DNA of 64,000 nucleotides, from NCBI RefSeq assembly GCF_001457595.1, contig NZ_LN831039.1, positions 1,652,729 to 1,716,728 of the forward strand, in the 5' to 3' direction. The stretch is from Mycolicibacterium smegmatis. GTDB lineage: Bacteria; Actinomycetota; Actinomycetes; Mycobacteriales; Mycobacteriaceae. Positions 1-9,904 of this stretch are shown here, piece after piece (the first letter of the stretch is position 1; the number at the start of each line of letters is the position of its first letter). The position numbers and the translations under genes were made by a program. The notes beneath the pieces are model-generated. The model was not told the DNA's origin and did no database searches. It was given only the letters and a program-made list of their open reading frames with translations.

Positions 1-252
1 CGCGGCCATGCCGTTGGCGAACCGGGTCAGCCCCTCGGCGGCCTCCGGCTCGAGGGCCGTGAGGTCGAAGTTGTCGTCGACCAGTTTGGTGAAGAAGTCG
101 ACACCGACCGCGCGTACGAGCGGCGCGGCGAACGGGTCGTCGATGGCCGGTTCATCGGCGTTGGTGGCCAGTGCCCGCGCAGCGGCGACCATCGTCGCGG
201 TTGCGCCGACGCTGGATGCGAGGTCCCACGTGTCGTTCTCGGTGCGCGCCAT
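1..252 (-). CDS. SAM-dependent methyltransferase (Rv0731c/Rv0726c-like), N-terminal part only; the gene runs off the window start
   Basis: Minus-strand ATG (CAT at 250-252) opens [54 protein letters not shown] with no stop before the window edge. This N-terminus is typical of the mycobacterial putative O-methyltransferase family. It is absent from the ORF track only because it is truncated. Confidence 0.55.
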   Translation of the reverse strand, partial: MARTENDTWDLASSVGATATMVAAARALATNADEPAIDDPFAAPLVRAVGVDFFTKLVDDNFDLTALEPEAAEGLTRFANGMAA

Positions 253-603
253 GACGCCCCCTTACATGTCTCAAGATGAGCGCCGCACCCGCTGGAACCG
301 CGGGTGCGGATATTAGTTAGGCCCTATAACGAGCTGTCGCCGACTGTACGCTTCGAATCTGAAAAGAAACTTCGACCGAGTGGCAGTCGCCTGGGAGTCG
401 GTCAGAACCGGCGCGGACAAGGCCGCACCCGCCATCGATGCGGGCCGACGCAAGGGCTCCTGTTACTCTCGTAGACTGTTTGACGGCTGAGTTCGCAGGC
501 TGCGCGCCTGCAGACAAGCCGGACATGACTTGACCATTGACGCTGGACCCACCAGCCCCATTTGGCACGCCGCGCTGAGAAGGTCGGCTGCGCAGGAGGA
601 AGA

Positions 604-1929
604 GTGCTTTCGGCTTTCATCTCGTCGCTGCGAACGGCCGACCTCAGACGCAAGATCCTGTTCACCTTGGGCCTGGTAATCCTTTACCGGGTCGGTGCCT
701 CGATCCCGTCTCCCGGGGTGAACTACCCCAACGTTCAGCAATGCATCGCGCAGGTCAGCGGTGGCGACTCGGCTCAGATCTACTCGCTGATCAACCTGTT
801 TTCCGGCGGTGCGCTGCTGCAGCTCACGGTGTTCGCGGTGGGCGTCATGCCCTACATCACCGCGAGCATCATCGTGCAGCTGCTCACCGTGGTGATCCCG
901 CGGTTCGAGCAGCTGCGTAAGGAAGGTCAGGCCGGCCAGGCCAAGATGACCCAGTACACGCGGTACCTGTCGATCGCGCTCGCGATCCTGCAGGCCACCA
1001 GCATCGTGGCGCTCGCGGCCAACGGCGGCCTGCTGCAGGGCTGCTCGCTGGACATCATCCAGGACAGCTCGATCTTCGGTCTGATCGTGATCGTGCTGGT
1101 CATGACCGCCGGTGCGGCCCTGGTCATGTGGATGGGCGAGCTGGTCACCGAGCGCGGCATCGGCAACGGCATGTCGCTGCTGATCTTCGCCGGTATCGCC
1201 GCCCGCATCCCCGCCGAGGGCCAGACCATCCTGGAGAGCCGCGGCGGCGTCGTGTTCACCGCCGTGGTCATCGCCGCGCTGGTGATCATCATCGGCGTGG
1301 TGTTCGTCGAGCAGGGCCAGCGCCGCATCCCGGTCCAGTACGCCAAGCGCATGGTGGGCCGCAAGATGTACGGCGGCACCTCGACCTACCTGCCGCTCAA
1401 GGTCAACCAGGCCGGCGTCATCCCCGTCATCTTCGCGTCGTCGCTGATCTACATCCCGCACCTGATCACGCAGCTGATCCAGAGCGGGAGCTCGAACCCC
1501 GGCACCGGCTGGTGGGACAAGTTCGTCGCGGACTACCTGACCAACCCGGCCGACCCCGTTTACATCGCGGTCTACTTCGGCCTGATCGTGTTCTTCACGT
1601 ACTTCTACGTGTCGATCACGTTCAACCCCGACGAGCGTGCCGACGAGATGAAGAAGTTCGGCGGCTTCATCCCGGGTATCCGTCCCGGCAAGCCGACGGC
1701 GGACTACCTGAGGTACGTGCTGAGCCGGATCACCCTGCCGGGCTCGATCTACCTCGGCGTGATCGCCGTTCTGCCCAACCTGTTCCTGGAGATCGGGAAC
1801 ACCGGTTCGGTACAGAACCTGCCGTTCGGCGGGACCGCGGTTCTGATCATGATCGGTGTCGGTCTCGACACCGTGAAGCAGATCGAGAGCCAGCTGATGC
1901 AACGTAACTACGAAGGGTTCCTGAAGTGA
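604..1929 (+). CDS. secY: preprotein translocase subunit SecY
   Basis: The ORF track opens at TTG 562. An in-frame GTG at 604 gives [41 protein letters not shown], which matches the mycobacterial SecY N-terminus. 10 TM segments. The stop overlaps the adk start. Confidence 0.93.
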   Translation: MLSAFISSLRTADLRRKILFTLGLVILYRVGASIPSPGVNYPNVQQCIAQVSGGDSAQIYSLINLFSGGALLQLTVFAVGVMPYITASIIVQLLTVVIPRFEQLRKEGQAGQAKMTQYTRYLSIALAILQATSIVALAANGGLLQGCSLDIIQDSSIFGLIVIVLVMTAGAALVMWMGELVTERGIGNGMSLLIFAGIAARIPAEGQTILESRGGVVFTAVVIAALVIIIGVVFVEQGQRRIPVQYAKRMVGRKMYGGTSTYLPLKVNQAGVIPVIFASSLIYIPHLITQLIQSGSSNPGTGWWDKFVADYLTNPADPVYIAVYFGLIVFFTYFYVSITFNPDERADEMKKFGGFIPGIRPGKPTADYLRYVLSRITLPGSIYLGVIAVLPNLFLEIGNTGSVQNLPFGGTAVLIMIGVGLDTVKQIESQLMQRNYEGFLK

Positions 1930-2471
1930 GAGTCGTTCTGCTCGGACCGCCTGGGGCGGGCAAGGGTACGCAGGCGGAGAAGCTGTCCGAGAAACTCGGC
2001 ATCCCGCAGATCTCCACCGGGGACCTCTTCCGCAAGAACATCGGTGACGGCACGCCGCTGGGCCTGGAGGCCAAGCGCTACCTCGACGCCGGCGACCTCG
2101 TGCCTGCCGAGCTGACGAACCGTCTGGTCGAGGACCGGATCGACCAGCCCGACGCGGCCGAGGGATTCATCCTCGACGGCTACCCGCGCTCGGTCGAGCA
2201 GGCCGGCGCGCTCAAGGACATGCTGGCCGCGCGCAACACCAAGCTCGACGCGGTGCTGGAGTTCCAGGTGTCCGAGGACGAGCTGCTGACGCGCCTCAAG
2301 GGCCGCGGCCGCGCCGACGACACCGACGAGGTGATCCGCAACCGCATGAAGGTCTACCGCGAGGAGACCGAGCCGCTGCTGGAGTACTACCGCGACGACC
2401 TGAAGACCGTAAACGCAGTAGGTGCGCTCGACGAGGTGTTCGCACGGGCGTTGAGCGCGCTCGGTCAGTGA
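1926..2471 (+). CDS. adk: adenylate kinase
   Basis: [21 protein letters not shown]-loop and short-LID adenylate kinase, 181 aa. ATGA-type overlap with secY. Confidence 0.95.
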   Translation: MRVVLLGPPGAGKGTQAEKLSEKLGIPQISTGDLFRKNIGDGTPLGLEAKRYLDAGDLVPAELTNRLVEDRIDQPDAAEGFILDGYPRSVEQAGALKDMLAARNTKLDAVLEFQVSEDELLTRLKGRGRADDTDEVIRNRMKVYREETEPLLEYYRDDLKTVNAVGALDEVFARALSALGQ

Positions 2472-2490
2472 GCCCAAGCGGAGCGGTGCC

Positions 2491-3288
2491 GTGATCAATC
2501 TGCGTGGAAGACGTAAGCCCAAGGTGGTCACGCAACGCACGTCCGCGGAACTGGACGCCATGGCGGTGGCCGGTGCGCTCGTCGCGTCGGCCCTGCGGGC
2601 CGTCAAGACCGCGGCCGCACCCGGCGTCTCCACCCTGGAACTGGACCGCATCGCCGAAACGGTCATCCGCGACGGCGGCGGCACGCCGTCGTTCCTCGGC
2701 TACCACGGCTTCCCGGCCAGCATCTGTGCGTCGGTCAACGAACGCGTGGTGCACGGCATCCCCTCGGCCGACGAGGTGCTGGCCGCCGGCGACCTGGTCT
2801 CCATCGACTGCGGCGCGATCGTCGACGGCTGGCACGGCGACTCCGCCGTGACATTCGGCGTCGGCCCGCTGATCCCTGCCGACGAGGCCCTATCGGAGGC
2901 GACCAAGGCCGCCATGGAGGCAGGCATCGCCGCAATGGTGCCCGGCAACCGGCTCACCGACGTCTCGCACGCCATCGAGGTGGAGACGCACGCCGCCGAG
3001 AAGCGCGACGACCGCAAGTACGGCATCGTCGCCAACTACGGCGGACACGGGATCGGACGCCAGATGCACATGGATCCGTTCCTGCCCAACGAGGGCGCCC
3101 CGGGCCGCGGACCGTACCTGGCCCCGGGTTCGGTGCTGGCCATCGAACCGATGCTGACCCTCGGCACCACCAAGACCGTGGTGCTCGACGACGAGTGGAC
3201 CGTGGTCACCGCCGACGGCACCCGCGCCGCCCACTGGGAGCACACCGTCGCCGTCACCGAGGACGGCCCCCGCATCCTGACGCAGTAA
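2491..3288 (+). CDS. map: type I methionine aminopeptidase
   Basis: GTG start. Metal-binding residues in the [14 protein letters not shown] and HGIGR contexts. 265 aa. Synteny secY-adk-map. Confidence 0.9.
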   Translation: MINLRGRRKPKVVTQRTSAELDAMAVAGALVASALRAVKTAAAPGVSTLELDRIAETVIRDGGGTPSFLGYHGFPASICASVNERVVHGIPSADEVLAAGDLVSIDCGAIVDGWHGDSAVTFGVGPLIPADEALSEATKAAMEAGIAAMVPGNRLTDVSHAIEVETHAAEKRDDRKYGIVANYGGHGIGRQMHMDPFLPNEGAPGRGPYLAPGSVLAIEPMLTLGTTKTVVLDDEWTVVTADGTRAAHWEHTVAVTEDGPRILTQ

Positions 3289-3351
3289 CACCTTCAGCAA
3301 TTGCTGGAAAGCGCCGGAACCGTGATGTGGTCGACAGGCGCAAAGGTGTAA

Positions 3352-3379
3352 TGAACTGGATCACGCCCAACGTCGTATC
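3352..3379 (+). promoter_or_regulatory. putative SigL-type (ECF) promoter upstream of sigL: TGAACT-N16-CGTATC
   Basis: -35 TGAACT at 3352-3357, a 16-nt spacer, -10 CGTATC at 3374-3379, 17 nt before the sigL ATG. It is a near match to the SigL consensus found exactly at 4765-4792. Confidence 0.4.
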
Positions 3380-3396
3380 AATGACGGAGGTTGGGA

Positions 3397-3939
3397 ATGG
3401 AGGATCCGGAGGCCGCCATGATGCGGGCGCTCTATGACGAGCACGCCACCGCACTGTGGCGATACGCGCTGCGCCTGACCGGCGACCCCGCGCGTGCCGA
3501 GGATGTCGTGCAGGAGACATTGCTGCGCGCCTGGCGCCACCAACCCGACCTCCGCACCGGTGGCGGAGCCGACGGTATCGCCGGTCCCGACCGCTCGCCA
3601 CGGGCCTGGCTTTTCACCGTGGCACGCAACATGATTATCGATGAACGACGGAGTGCTCGTTTCCGCAACGAGACCGACGTCCCCGACCCAGAACAGGTGG
3701 CCGATCACGCCACCTCCGACCAGGTGGATACCGCGTTGGACCGGCTTTTGTTGGGCACAGCTCTACGCCAGCTCTCCGATGACCATCGTGCGGTGATCCG
3801 ACGCGCCTACTACCAGGGACTGACCACCGGGCAGATCGCGGCCGAGCTGCAGATACCCGAGGGAACCGTGAAATCGCGGCTGCACTACGCCGTGCGCGCA
3901 CTGAAACTGAGCTTGCAGGAGATGGGGGTGACACGATGA
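3397..3939 (+). CDS. sigL: ECF RNA polymerase sigma factor SigL (sigma-70 regions 2 and 4)
   Basis: ATG 3397 is preferred over TTG 3391 (GGAGG at 3386-3390). Region 2.2 (ALWRYALRLTGD) and region 4 HTH (GLTTGQIAAELQIPEGTVKSRLHYA). Order map-sigL-rslA as in Rv0734-Rv0736. Confidence 0.85.
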   Translation: MEDPEAAMMRALYDEHATALWRYALRLTGDPARAEDVVQETLLRAWRHQPDLRTGGGADGIAGPDRSPRAWLFTVARNMIIDERRSARFRNETDVPDPEQVADHATSDQVDTALDRLLLGTALRQLSDDHRAVIRRAYYQGLTTGQIAAELQIPEGTVKSRLHYAVRALKLSLQEMGVTR

Positions 3940-4667
3940 CTCAATCCGAACCCCATCGAATCGGGCCAGTCGACCCCGACCGATATTCGACATGGGACGC
4001 GGCGTATGTGCTCGGATCGCTGTCCAGCGAGGAGCGCCGCGAATACGAGGCGCACCTGACGACGTGCCCGCAGTGCCGCGCGGGCGTCGCCGAACTGAGC
4101 GGCATGCCCGCGCTGCTGTCGCTGATCGACCTCGACGACGTGCGCGCCATCGACGGCGAGCAGCCCGATTCGCCACTGCGCCCCGAGGTGCTGGACTCCG
4201 TGATGGCCGAGGTGGGCGCGCGCAGGCGCCGCACCCGGTGGCTGACGACATCGGTCGCCGCGCTGGCCGCGGTGCTGCTGGCGGTCGGGATCGTCGTGCT
4301 GGCCCGGCCCGAGACCTTCGGCCTGCAGCGCGGAACCGAACAGCAGACCGCGCAGATGCTGGAGATGTCGAAGGTCGCGCAGACGCCGATCAACGCCAGC
4401 ATCGCGCTCACGGGCTACACCTGGGGCACCCGCATCGACATGGCGTGCTCGTACGGCGACTGGGGGAGCAAGGGCGCCCAACCGCAGGATCTGGGCATGG
4501 TGGTTGTCGGCCGCGACGGCAGCCGTGAACAGGTGGCCACCTGGCTGGGGCTCTCCGGGGCGACCGCACTGCCCAGTGGCAACACCCAGAAGCCGATGGA
4601 CGACATTGCCGCCATCCAGATGGTGTCGGTCGCCGACGGGAAAGTTCTGCTCGAAAAGAAGCTCTGA
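3936..4667 (+). CDS. rslA: zinc-binding anti-sigma factor RslA (ZAS, one transmembrane segment)
   Basis: ATGA overlap with sigL. ZAS motif H-x3-C-x2-C (EAHLTTCPQCRAG). Central TM segment (LTTSVAALAAVLLAVGIVVLA). Confidence 0.8.
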   Translation: MTQSEPHRIGPVDPDRYSTWDAAYVLGSLSSEERREYEAHLTTCPQCRAGVAELSGMPALLSLIDLDDVRAIDGEQPDSPLRPEVLDSVMAEVGARRRRTRWLTTSVAALAAVLLAVGIVVLARPETFGLQRGTEQQTAQMLEMSKVAQTPINASIALTGYTWGTRIDMACSYGDWGSKGAQPQDLGMVVVGRDGSREQVATWLGLSGATALPSGNTQKPMDDIAAIQMVSVADGKVLLEKKL

Positions 4668-4764
4668 GACCCGCGATTCGGCGCGACACTCCCGGGCCCT
4701 GCTCGGAGTCAGCTGTTTGACAGCTGCGCACCCGGTGGGAAAACAGCGAAAACGCCCATCGGTT

Positions 4765-4792
4765 TGAACCGGCCCTGCGCACCCCTCGTGTC
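4765..4792 (+). promoter_or_regulatory. SigL-consensus promoter TGAACC-N16-CGTGTC driving the 4822-9296 operon
   Basis: Exact -35 TGAACC (4765-4770) and -10 CGTGTC (4787-4792) separated by 16 nt, about 30 nt upstream of ATG 4822. Matches the consensus described for M. tuberculosis SigL-dependent promoters. Confidence 0.55.
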
Positions 4793-4821
4793 ACTAGGCA
4801 CACGACGGGAGTAGGTGACAA

Positions 4822-6570
4822 ATGGCCAATGGGTGCAGAGTGGTGGACCACATCGTCGGCTGTCTCGCACAGAGCGGGATCAGCCACATCTTCGGGGTCG
4901 ACGGGGCCAACATCGAGGACCTCTACGATGCGGCGTTCTTTCGTGACGACATCACCGCGGTGCTTGCCAAACACGAATTCTCCGCTGCCGCAATGGCAGA
5001 CGGATACAGCCGCAGCGGCGCCGGGATCGGTGTGGTGGCCGCGACCTCGGGAGGCGGCTGCCTCAACACGGTGCCGGGGCTCGGCGAATCGCTCGCCAGC
5101 CGGGTCCCGGTGCTCGCGCTGATCGGACAACCGCCCACGACGCTCGACGGACAGGGTTCTTTCCAGGACACCAGCGGCGACAACGGCGCGCTCGACGCGC
5201 TTTCGTTGTTCTCGGCCGTGTCGGTGTACTGCCGCCGGGTGCTCTCACCCGATGCGATCCACACCGTGCTGCCGGAGGCGCTTGCCGCCGCACGTACCGG
5301 CGGACCGGCAGTGTTGTTGCTGCCCAAGGATGTTCAGCAGGCAGTGCTCGGTGAGCACGTCAACGGGCACGTTCCCGTCATGCAGCTGGGAACCCGGATC
5401 TCCGAGCTGACCATGATGGTGCGGGCACTGCGCCGCGCCGACGGGCCCATCACGATCTTCGCCGGGGAGCAGGTCGCCAGGGACGATGCCCGCGCCGAAC
5501 TGGAACGGCTGCGCGCTACCCTGCGCGCCCGTATCGCCACCGTGCCCGACGCGAAAGACGTCGGCGGCACGCCGGGTTTCGGGTCGTCGTCGGCCCTCGG
5601 GGTGTGCGGGGTGATGGGACATCCGGGTGTCGTCGCGGCAGCCGCGGGAAGCGGGGCGTGCCTGCTGGTGGGGACCCGCATGACCGTGACCGCGCGCGCC
5701 GGCCTCGACGGTGTGCTGGGTTCGGTGCCCACGTACTCGATCGGCTCGCAGCAGCCGTACGTGCCCGCCACGCACGTGCACACCGACGACCTGCGCGGCG
5801 CGCTGACGATGCTGGCCGAGGCGCTGACCGGCAACGGCAGGCCGCACCAGATCCGCGTCCCGGATGTGGTGCCGCACACCGAACTACCGACACCACCCCA
5901 TGACGGGCCCGGCATCCGGTACCGCGACGCGATGCGCGTGCTCGACCGGGCGCTGCCCGACGGTACCGACATCGTCGTCGACGCGGGCAACATCGGGGCG
6001 TCGGCCATCCACCACCTGCCGGTGCGCCGCGACGGACGCTTCCTCGTCGCGCTCGGGATGGGCGGCATGGGGTACAGCTTCGGCGCGGGCATCGGCATGA
6101 CCTTCCACCGCGCCGCCCGGCCCGACCCGCACGGGCAGCGGCGTACCGTGGTGATCGCCGGTGACGGGTCGTTCTTCATGCACGGCATGGAAATTCACAC
6201 CGCCGTGCAGTACCGGCTCCCCATCACCTTCCTGCTGTTCGACAACCACGCACACGCCATGTGCGTCACACGCGAGCAGTTGTTCTACGGCGACCGCTAC
6301 ACCTACAACCGATTCGGCCCGAGCCATCTCGGCGCCGGACTCGCCGCGATGCTGCCCGGACTGACCGCGCTGGACGTCGACGACATCGATGATCTGTCCG
6401 CCGCACTCGACGCCGCGTTGCGCACCGACGGCCCGGTAGTCATCAGCGTCGAATGCTCGCCCGACGAAATCCCCCCGTTCGCAGCGTTTCTCGGCACCGC
6501 AACCGAAATCGCAACCGCAACCACCCCGAACACACAGGAGAACGATTCCCATGCCACTGCCCGCGCTTGA
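4822..6570 (+). CDS. thiamine-pyrophosphate-dependent enzyme (acetolactate-synthase / sulfoacetaldehyde-acetyltransferase superfamily)
   Basis: 582 aa. N-terminal Pyr domain (GVDGANIEDLYDA). C-terminal TPP-binding GDG-x24-N-like region (VVIAGDGSFFMHGMEIHTAVQYRLPITFLLFDNHAH). Confidence 0.8.
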   Translation: MANGCRVVDHIVGCLAQSGISHIFGVDGANIEDLYDAAFFRDDITAVLAKHEFSAAAMADGYSRSGAGIGVVAATSGGGCLNTVPGLGESLASRVPVLALIGQPPTTLDGQGSFQDTSGDNGALDALSLFSAVSVYCRRVLSPDAIHTVLPEALAAARTGGPAVLLLPKDVQQAVLGEHVNGHVPVMQLGTRISELTMMVRALRRADGPITIFAGEQVARDDARAELERLRATLRARIATVPDAKDVGGTPGFGSSSALGVCGVMGHPGVVAAAAGSGACLLVGTRMTVTARAGLDGVLGSVPTYSIGSQQPYVPATHVHTDDLRGALTMLAEALTGNGRPHQIRVPDVVPHTELPTPPHDGPGIRYRDAMRVLDRALPDGTDIVVDAGNIGASAIHHLPVRRDGRFLVALGMGGMGYSFGAGIGMTFHRAARPDPHGQRRTVVIAGDGSFFMHGMEIHTAVQYRLPITFLLFDNHAHAMCVTREQLFYGDRYTYNRFGPSHLGAGLAAMLPGLTALDVDDIDDLSAALDAALRTDGPVVISVECSPDEIPPFAAFLGTATEIATATTPNTQENDSHATARA

Positions 6571-7231
6571 AGACATCACCACCCACCGGGGCACCGCCGA
6601 TCCGATCGACGGGCTGATCCGCATCGAGACCTCACCGAAGGAGGCCGCGACCCCGATCATCATGGAGATGATGCGGTCGGTGTACCCGCACGAGCAGGTG
6701 TTCGGTGAGTACTGCACGGTCAACGACTACATCGCGTGCCCGCCCGACGAACTGTTCGACTACCTCGCCGATACCCGAAGCCTCGAGGAGTGGACCTACA
6801 GTCTGCGGGGATTCGCCACCACCGAGGAGCCCGGACTGTGGGTGGCCCGCGACCGCCTCGGTGAGGGCAGCGGTGGACCCGGCAGCGCGATCTACACGCG
6901 CACGGTCGCCAACCGTGACGCGATGACCGTCGACTACCACTGCGCCTGGGATCAGGGCAAGCACCTGTGGATGATCTACCTGATGCGCATCGTCGACGCC
7001 CAGGTGGTGTTCGACAAGCCGGGATCGGTTGTGCTGTGGACCAATTGCCACCATCCCTTCTACGACGAGAACCCGTACCCCGAGACCGCGCCGCCCGGGC
7101 GACCGGTCTGGGTCGGTGACTTCTGGGACATGTTCGGCCCCGGTCACCTGCTGGAACTGAAGAACCTCAAGGCGATCGCCGAGTACCGGCACCGCAACGG
7201 ACTGCCGCTCACCCCGGCCTGGATGAAATGA
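6551..7231 (+). CDS. hypothetical protein (226 aa, no recognisable family)
   Basis: ATG preceded by AGGAG. Overlaps the upstream stop by 20 nt. Coding-like codon usage. Embedded in a translationally coupled operon. Cys/His-containing motifs CPPDE and CHHPFYDENPYPE. Confidence 0.55.
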   Translation: MPLPALEDITTHRGTADPIDGLIRIETSPKEAATPIIMEMMRSVYPHEQVFGEYCTVNDYIACPPDELFDYLADTRSLEEWTYSLRGFATTEEPGLWVARDRLGEGSGGPGSAIYTRTVANRDAMTVDYHCAWDQGKHLWMIYLMRIVDAQVVFDKPGSVVLWTNCHHPFYDENPYPETAPPGRPVWVGDFWDMFGPGHLLELKNLKAIAEYRHRNGLPLTPAWMK

Positions 7232-8262
7232 GCATCCCCATGAACACCACCACCCCCGTGAGCCTCGTCGACGTTTCGACCTACCTTCCCGGTGAACCGA
7301 TCGGCGCCGAGTACTACGCGCAGTTCGCCGAGACCGACGACCTGCGGGACAACCTGATGTTCCGCGCACCGCGGTTCCGGCACCACGTCGCGCCCGACGA
7401 GACCGCCACCGACATGATCGAGCGCGCCGCGGCCGGACTGATCGAACGCCACGGCGCCGACACGGTGCAGGGTGCCGACGTGCTGATCACCCACACGCAG
7501 ATGCCCGACATGCCGTTCTACGGCGGCGGCGGCGGCATCGCGCACCGCCTCGGCATGAAACCGAACTGGGTGATCGACCTGCACAACGGAGGCTGCGCGG
7601 CGTTTGTCCTCGGCATGAAAGTGGCCCGTACGCTGCTGGCCTCGGGCGAAGGCCACACCGCGGTCATCGCGGTGGCGCAGAACGCCGCGGGCCAGATCTT
7701 CGACCAGGAGACCATCCGCCGCAAGGCCCAGGCGTCGGTGCCCGGCGACGGCGCGGCCGTCGGCCTGGTGACGGTGTCGGACGCCTCACCGATCCTGGAC
7801 GTCGAGTGCCGCACCTACGGCGAGTACGCCGGTGACATGACCATCGCGTCGGATCCGCCACGCAAGTGGTGGCAGCCCGGACCGGGGGAGGGCTACATCG
7901 GGTTCACGGAAAGCAAGATCACCAAGGTGCTGGCCCGCGGCAACCGGCAGGTGCCCGAGGTGTCGTATGCCGTGTGCGACCGGATCGGCATCCACCCCAG
8001 GGACATCGACCTGTTCGTCACCAACCAGCCCAACCGGGTGTTCCTGCGCAACTGGCGCGAGGCCCTTGAGTTGCCTGCCGAACGCCACGTCGACACATTC
8101 GACACGTGCGGCAACCTCTTCGGCGCGGGCATCCCGATCAACTTCGACCGCGCGGTCACCGACGGGCGCGTGAAGGCCGGTGACACGGTGCTGATGGCGG
8201 CGTTCGCGCACGCAGGGGACTTCGCCGGCGCGGCCGCGGTGCGCTGGGGAGGCCGGGACTGA
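7228..8262 (+). CDS. KAS-III (FabH)-like condensing enzyme
   Basis: ATGA overlap. Thiolase fold with active-site Cys context (HNGGCAAFVLG) and a C-terminal FabH-like block (GDTVLMAAFAHAGDFAGAAAVRW). 344 aa. Confidence 0.75.
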   Translation: MSIPMNTTTPVSLVDVSTYLPGEPIGAEYYAQFAETDDLRDNLMFRAPRFRHHVAPDETATDMIERAAAGLIERHGADTVQGADVLITHTQMPDMPFYGGGGGIAHRLGMKPNWVIDLHNGGCAAFVLGMKVARTLLASGEGHTAVIAVAQNAAGQIFDQETIRRKAQASVPGDGAAVGLVTVSDASPILDVECRTYGEYAGDMTIASDPPRKWWQPGPGEGYIGFTESKITKVLARGNRQVPEVSYAVCDRIGIHPRDIDLFVTNQPNRVFLRNWREALELPAERHVDTFDTCGNLFGAGIPINFDRAVTDGRVKAGDTVLMAAFAHAGDFAGAAAVRWGGRD

Positions 8263-9296
8263 TGGCCGCCCCGCGTGGCGCCCTGGTGGAGGCGGTCGAC
8301 GCGCTTCCCCCGGCGGTCAACCCACTGGCGTTGTCACTCAACGAGTTTCCGTATCCGCCGCTACCCGCGGTGAAGGCCGCGCTGAGCGCCGCGGTGGATG
8401 CGGCCAACCGCTATCCGGAGTTCCTTCCCGAACGGTTGCGGTCGCTGATCGCCGGCCGGGTAGGCGTCGACGAAAGGCAGGTGATCATCGGCGTCGGCGC
8501 GACCGGCGTCATCATGCAGGTGCTGCACGCGGTCACCAGCCCCGGTGACACCATGGTGATGTCGGCGCCCACGTTCGACGGGTACCCGATCTTCGCGCAG
8601 ATGGCCCGGCTGCGGTCGGTGACCGTCGACCTGGACGTGTACGGCCACCACAATCTGCACGCGATGGCCGACGCCGCGCGCGATGCCCGGGTGGTGGTGG
8701 TGTGCCGTCCGCACAACCCCACCGGCACGATCGAACCCGCCGAGGACATCGAGCGGTTCCTGGAGAGCATCCCCGAGGACACCGTGGTGCTGCTCGACGA
8801 GGCATATGCCGAATTCCTCGGCCCCGCCAACCGGATCGACGGGCCGCGGCTGGTCGAACGGTTCCGCAATGTCGTGGTGGTGCGCACGTTCTCGAAGGCC
8901 TACGGTCTGGCCGGCCTGCGGATCGGCTACGGCTTCTGCGCACCGCAACTGGCGCGTCAACTGTGGACCATGCAGTTGCCGTTCGGGATCGGGCTTCCCG
9001 CACTGGTCGCGGTCGCGGCATCTTATGACGCCGAAGGCCAGCTGCGGCAACGCATCCGGATGATCTCCGCCGAGCGCCGGTTCCTGCAGATGCGGCTGCG
9101 CTCGATGGGCGTGTACAGCACCGACGGGCAGGCCAACTTCGTGTACCTGCCCGCGACGGGCGTGCCGTGGCACGACGTGTTCGACGATGCGGGGCTCAAG
9201 GTGCGGCACTATGCCGACGGCGGCGTGCGCATCACCGTGGGCACCAGGGAATCCACGCGTGAGGTGCTGCGCGCAACGCGCCTGGCTTTGCGGTGA
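8262..9296 (+). CDS. class I/II pyridoxal-phosphate aminotransferase (HisC-like)
   Basis: ATG overlaps the previous stop. PLP-lysine context (VVRTFSKAYGLAGLRIGY). 344 aa. Confidence 0.8.
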   Translation: MAAPRGALVEAVDALPPAVNPLALSLNEFPYPPLPAVKAALSAAVDAANRYPEFLPERLRSLIAGRVGVDERQVIIGVGATGVIMQVLHAVTSPGDTMVMSAPTFDGYPIFAQMARLRSVTVDLDVYGHHNLHAMADAARDARVVVVCRPHNPTGTIEPAEDIERFLESIPEDTVVLLDEAYAEFLGPANRIDGPRLVERFRNVVVVRTFSKAYGLAGLRIGYGFCAPQLARQLWTMQLPFGIGLPALVAVAASYDAEGQLRQRIRMISAERRFLQMRLRSMGVYSTDGQANFVYLPATGVPWHDVFDDAGLKVRHYADGGVRITVGTRESTREVLRATRLALR

Positions 9297-9331
9297 GTTC
9301 CGTGCCGCACAGAGATGCGGTATGAAGAGGC

Positions 9332-9853
9332 GTGCCCTCGTCACCGGACAGCTTCGACCACGCCGACCACACGGATCCCATCGCCCTGGCACGCGCCAAC
9401 TGGGAGGCGGCCGGGTGGGGTGACGTGGCCGACGGCATGGTGGCGGTGACCTCGGTCATGCGGGCCCACCAGATCCTGCTGGCCCGCGTCGAGAACGCAC
9501 TGCGGCCCTACGATCTGAGCTTCTCGCGGTTCGAACTGCTGCGCCTGCTGGCCTTCAGCCGGTCCGGGGCCCTGCCCATCACCAAGGCGTCGGACCGGCT
9601 GCAGGTGCACGTCACCAGCGTCACGCACGCCATCCGGCGGCTGGAGGCCGCAGGCCTGGTGGAACGCGTCCCGCACCCCACCGACGGCCGCACCACGCTG
9701 GTGCGGATCACCGACCTGGGGCGTTCGACCGTCGAGGACGCGACCGTGACGCTCAACAAGCAGGTGTTCGCCGATGTGGGGATGTCCGACGAGGAGTCGC
9801 GCGCGCTCGCGGCGTCGATCGAGACGTTGCGCCGCAATTCGGGTGACTTCTGA
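9332..9853 (+). CDS. MarR-family transcriptional regulator
   Basis: Winged-helix block LPITKASDRLQVHVTSVTHAIRRLEAAGLVERVPHPTDGRTTLVRITDLG. Confidence 0.8.
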   Translation: MPSSPDSFDHADHTDPIALARANWEAAGWGDVADGMVAVTSVMRAHQILLARVENALRPYDLSFSRFELLRLLAFSRSGALPITKASDRLQVHVTSVTHAIRRLEAAGLVERVPHPTDGRTTLVRITDLGRSTVEDATVTLNKQVFADVGMSDEESRALAASIETLRRNSGDF

Positions 9854-9904
9854 GAGTTCCGAGAATTTCCCGAAAATGACGTGAACGCCGCTCGCGGGGC
9901 GTGT

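Noticed and set aside
8-316. Plus-strand 102-aa ORF at the window start
   Set aside because: Ser/Ala-rich composition. It overlaps a much better minus-strand reading frame encoding a conserved methyltransferase N-terminus.
463-1902. 479-aa minus-strand ORF antisense to secY, and similar very long antisense ORFs (13806-16295 plus strand, 829 aa; 58316-60424 minus strand, 702 aa; 60855-63113 minus strand, 752 aa; 9905-11152 region plus-strand ORFs)
   Set aside because: All lie antisense to or out of frame with strongly supported conserved genes. They are low-complexity Arg/Ala/Gly/Asp-rich translations typical of stop-codon-poor high-GC DNA. None has a recognisable family.
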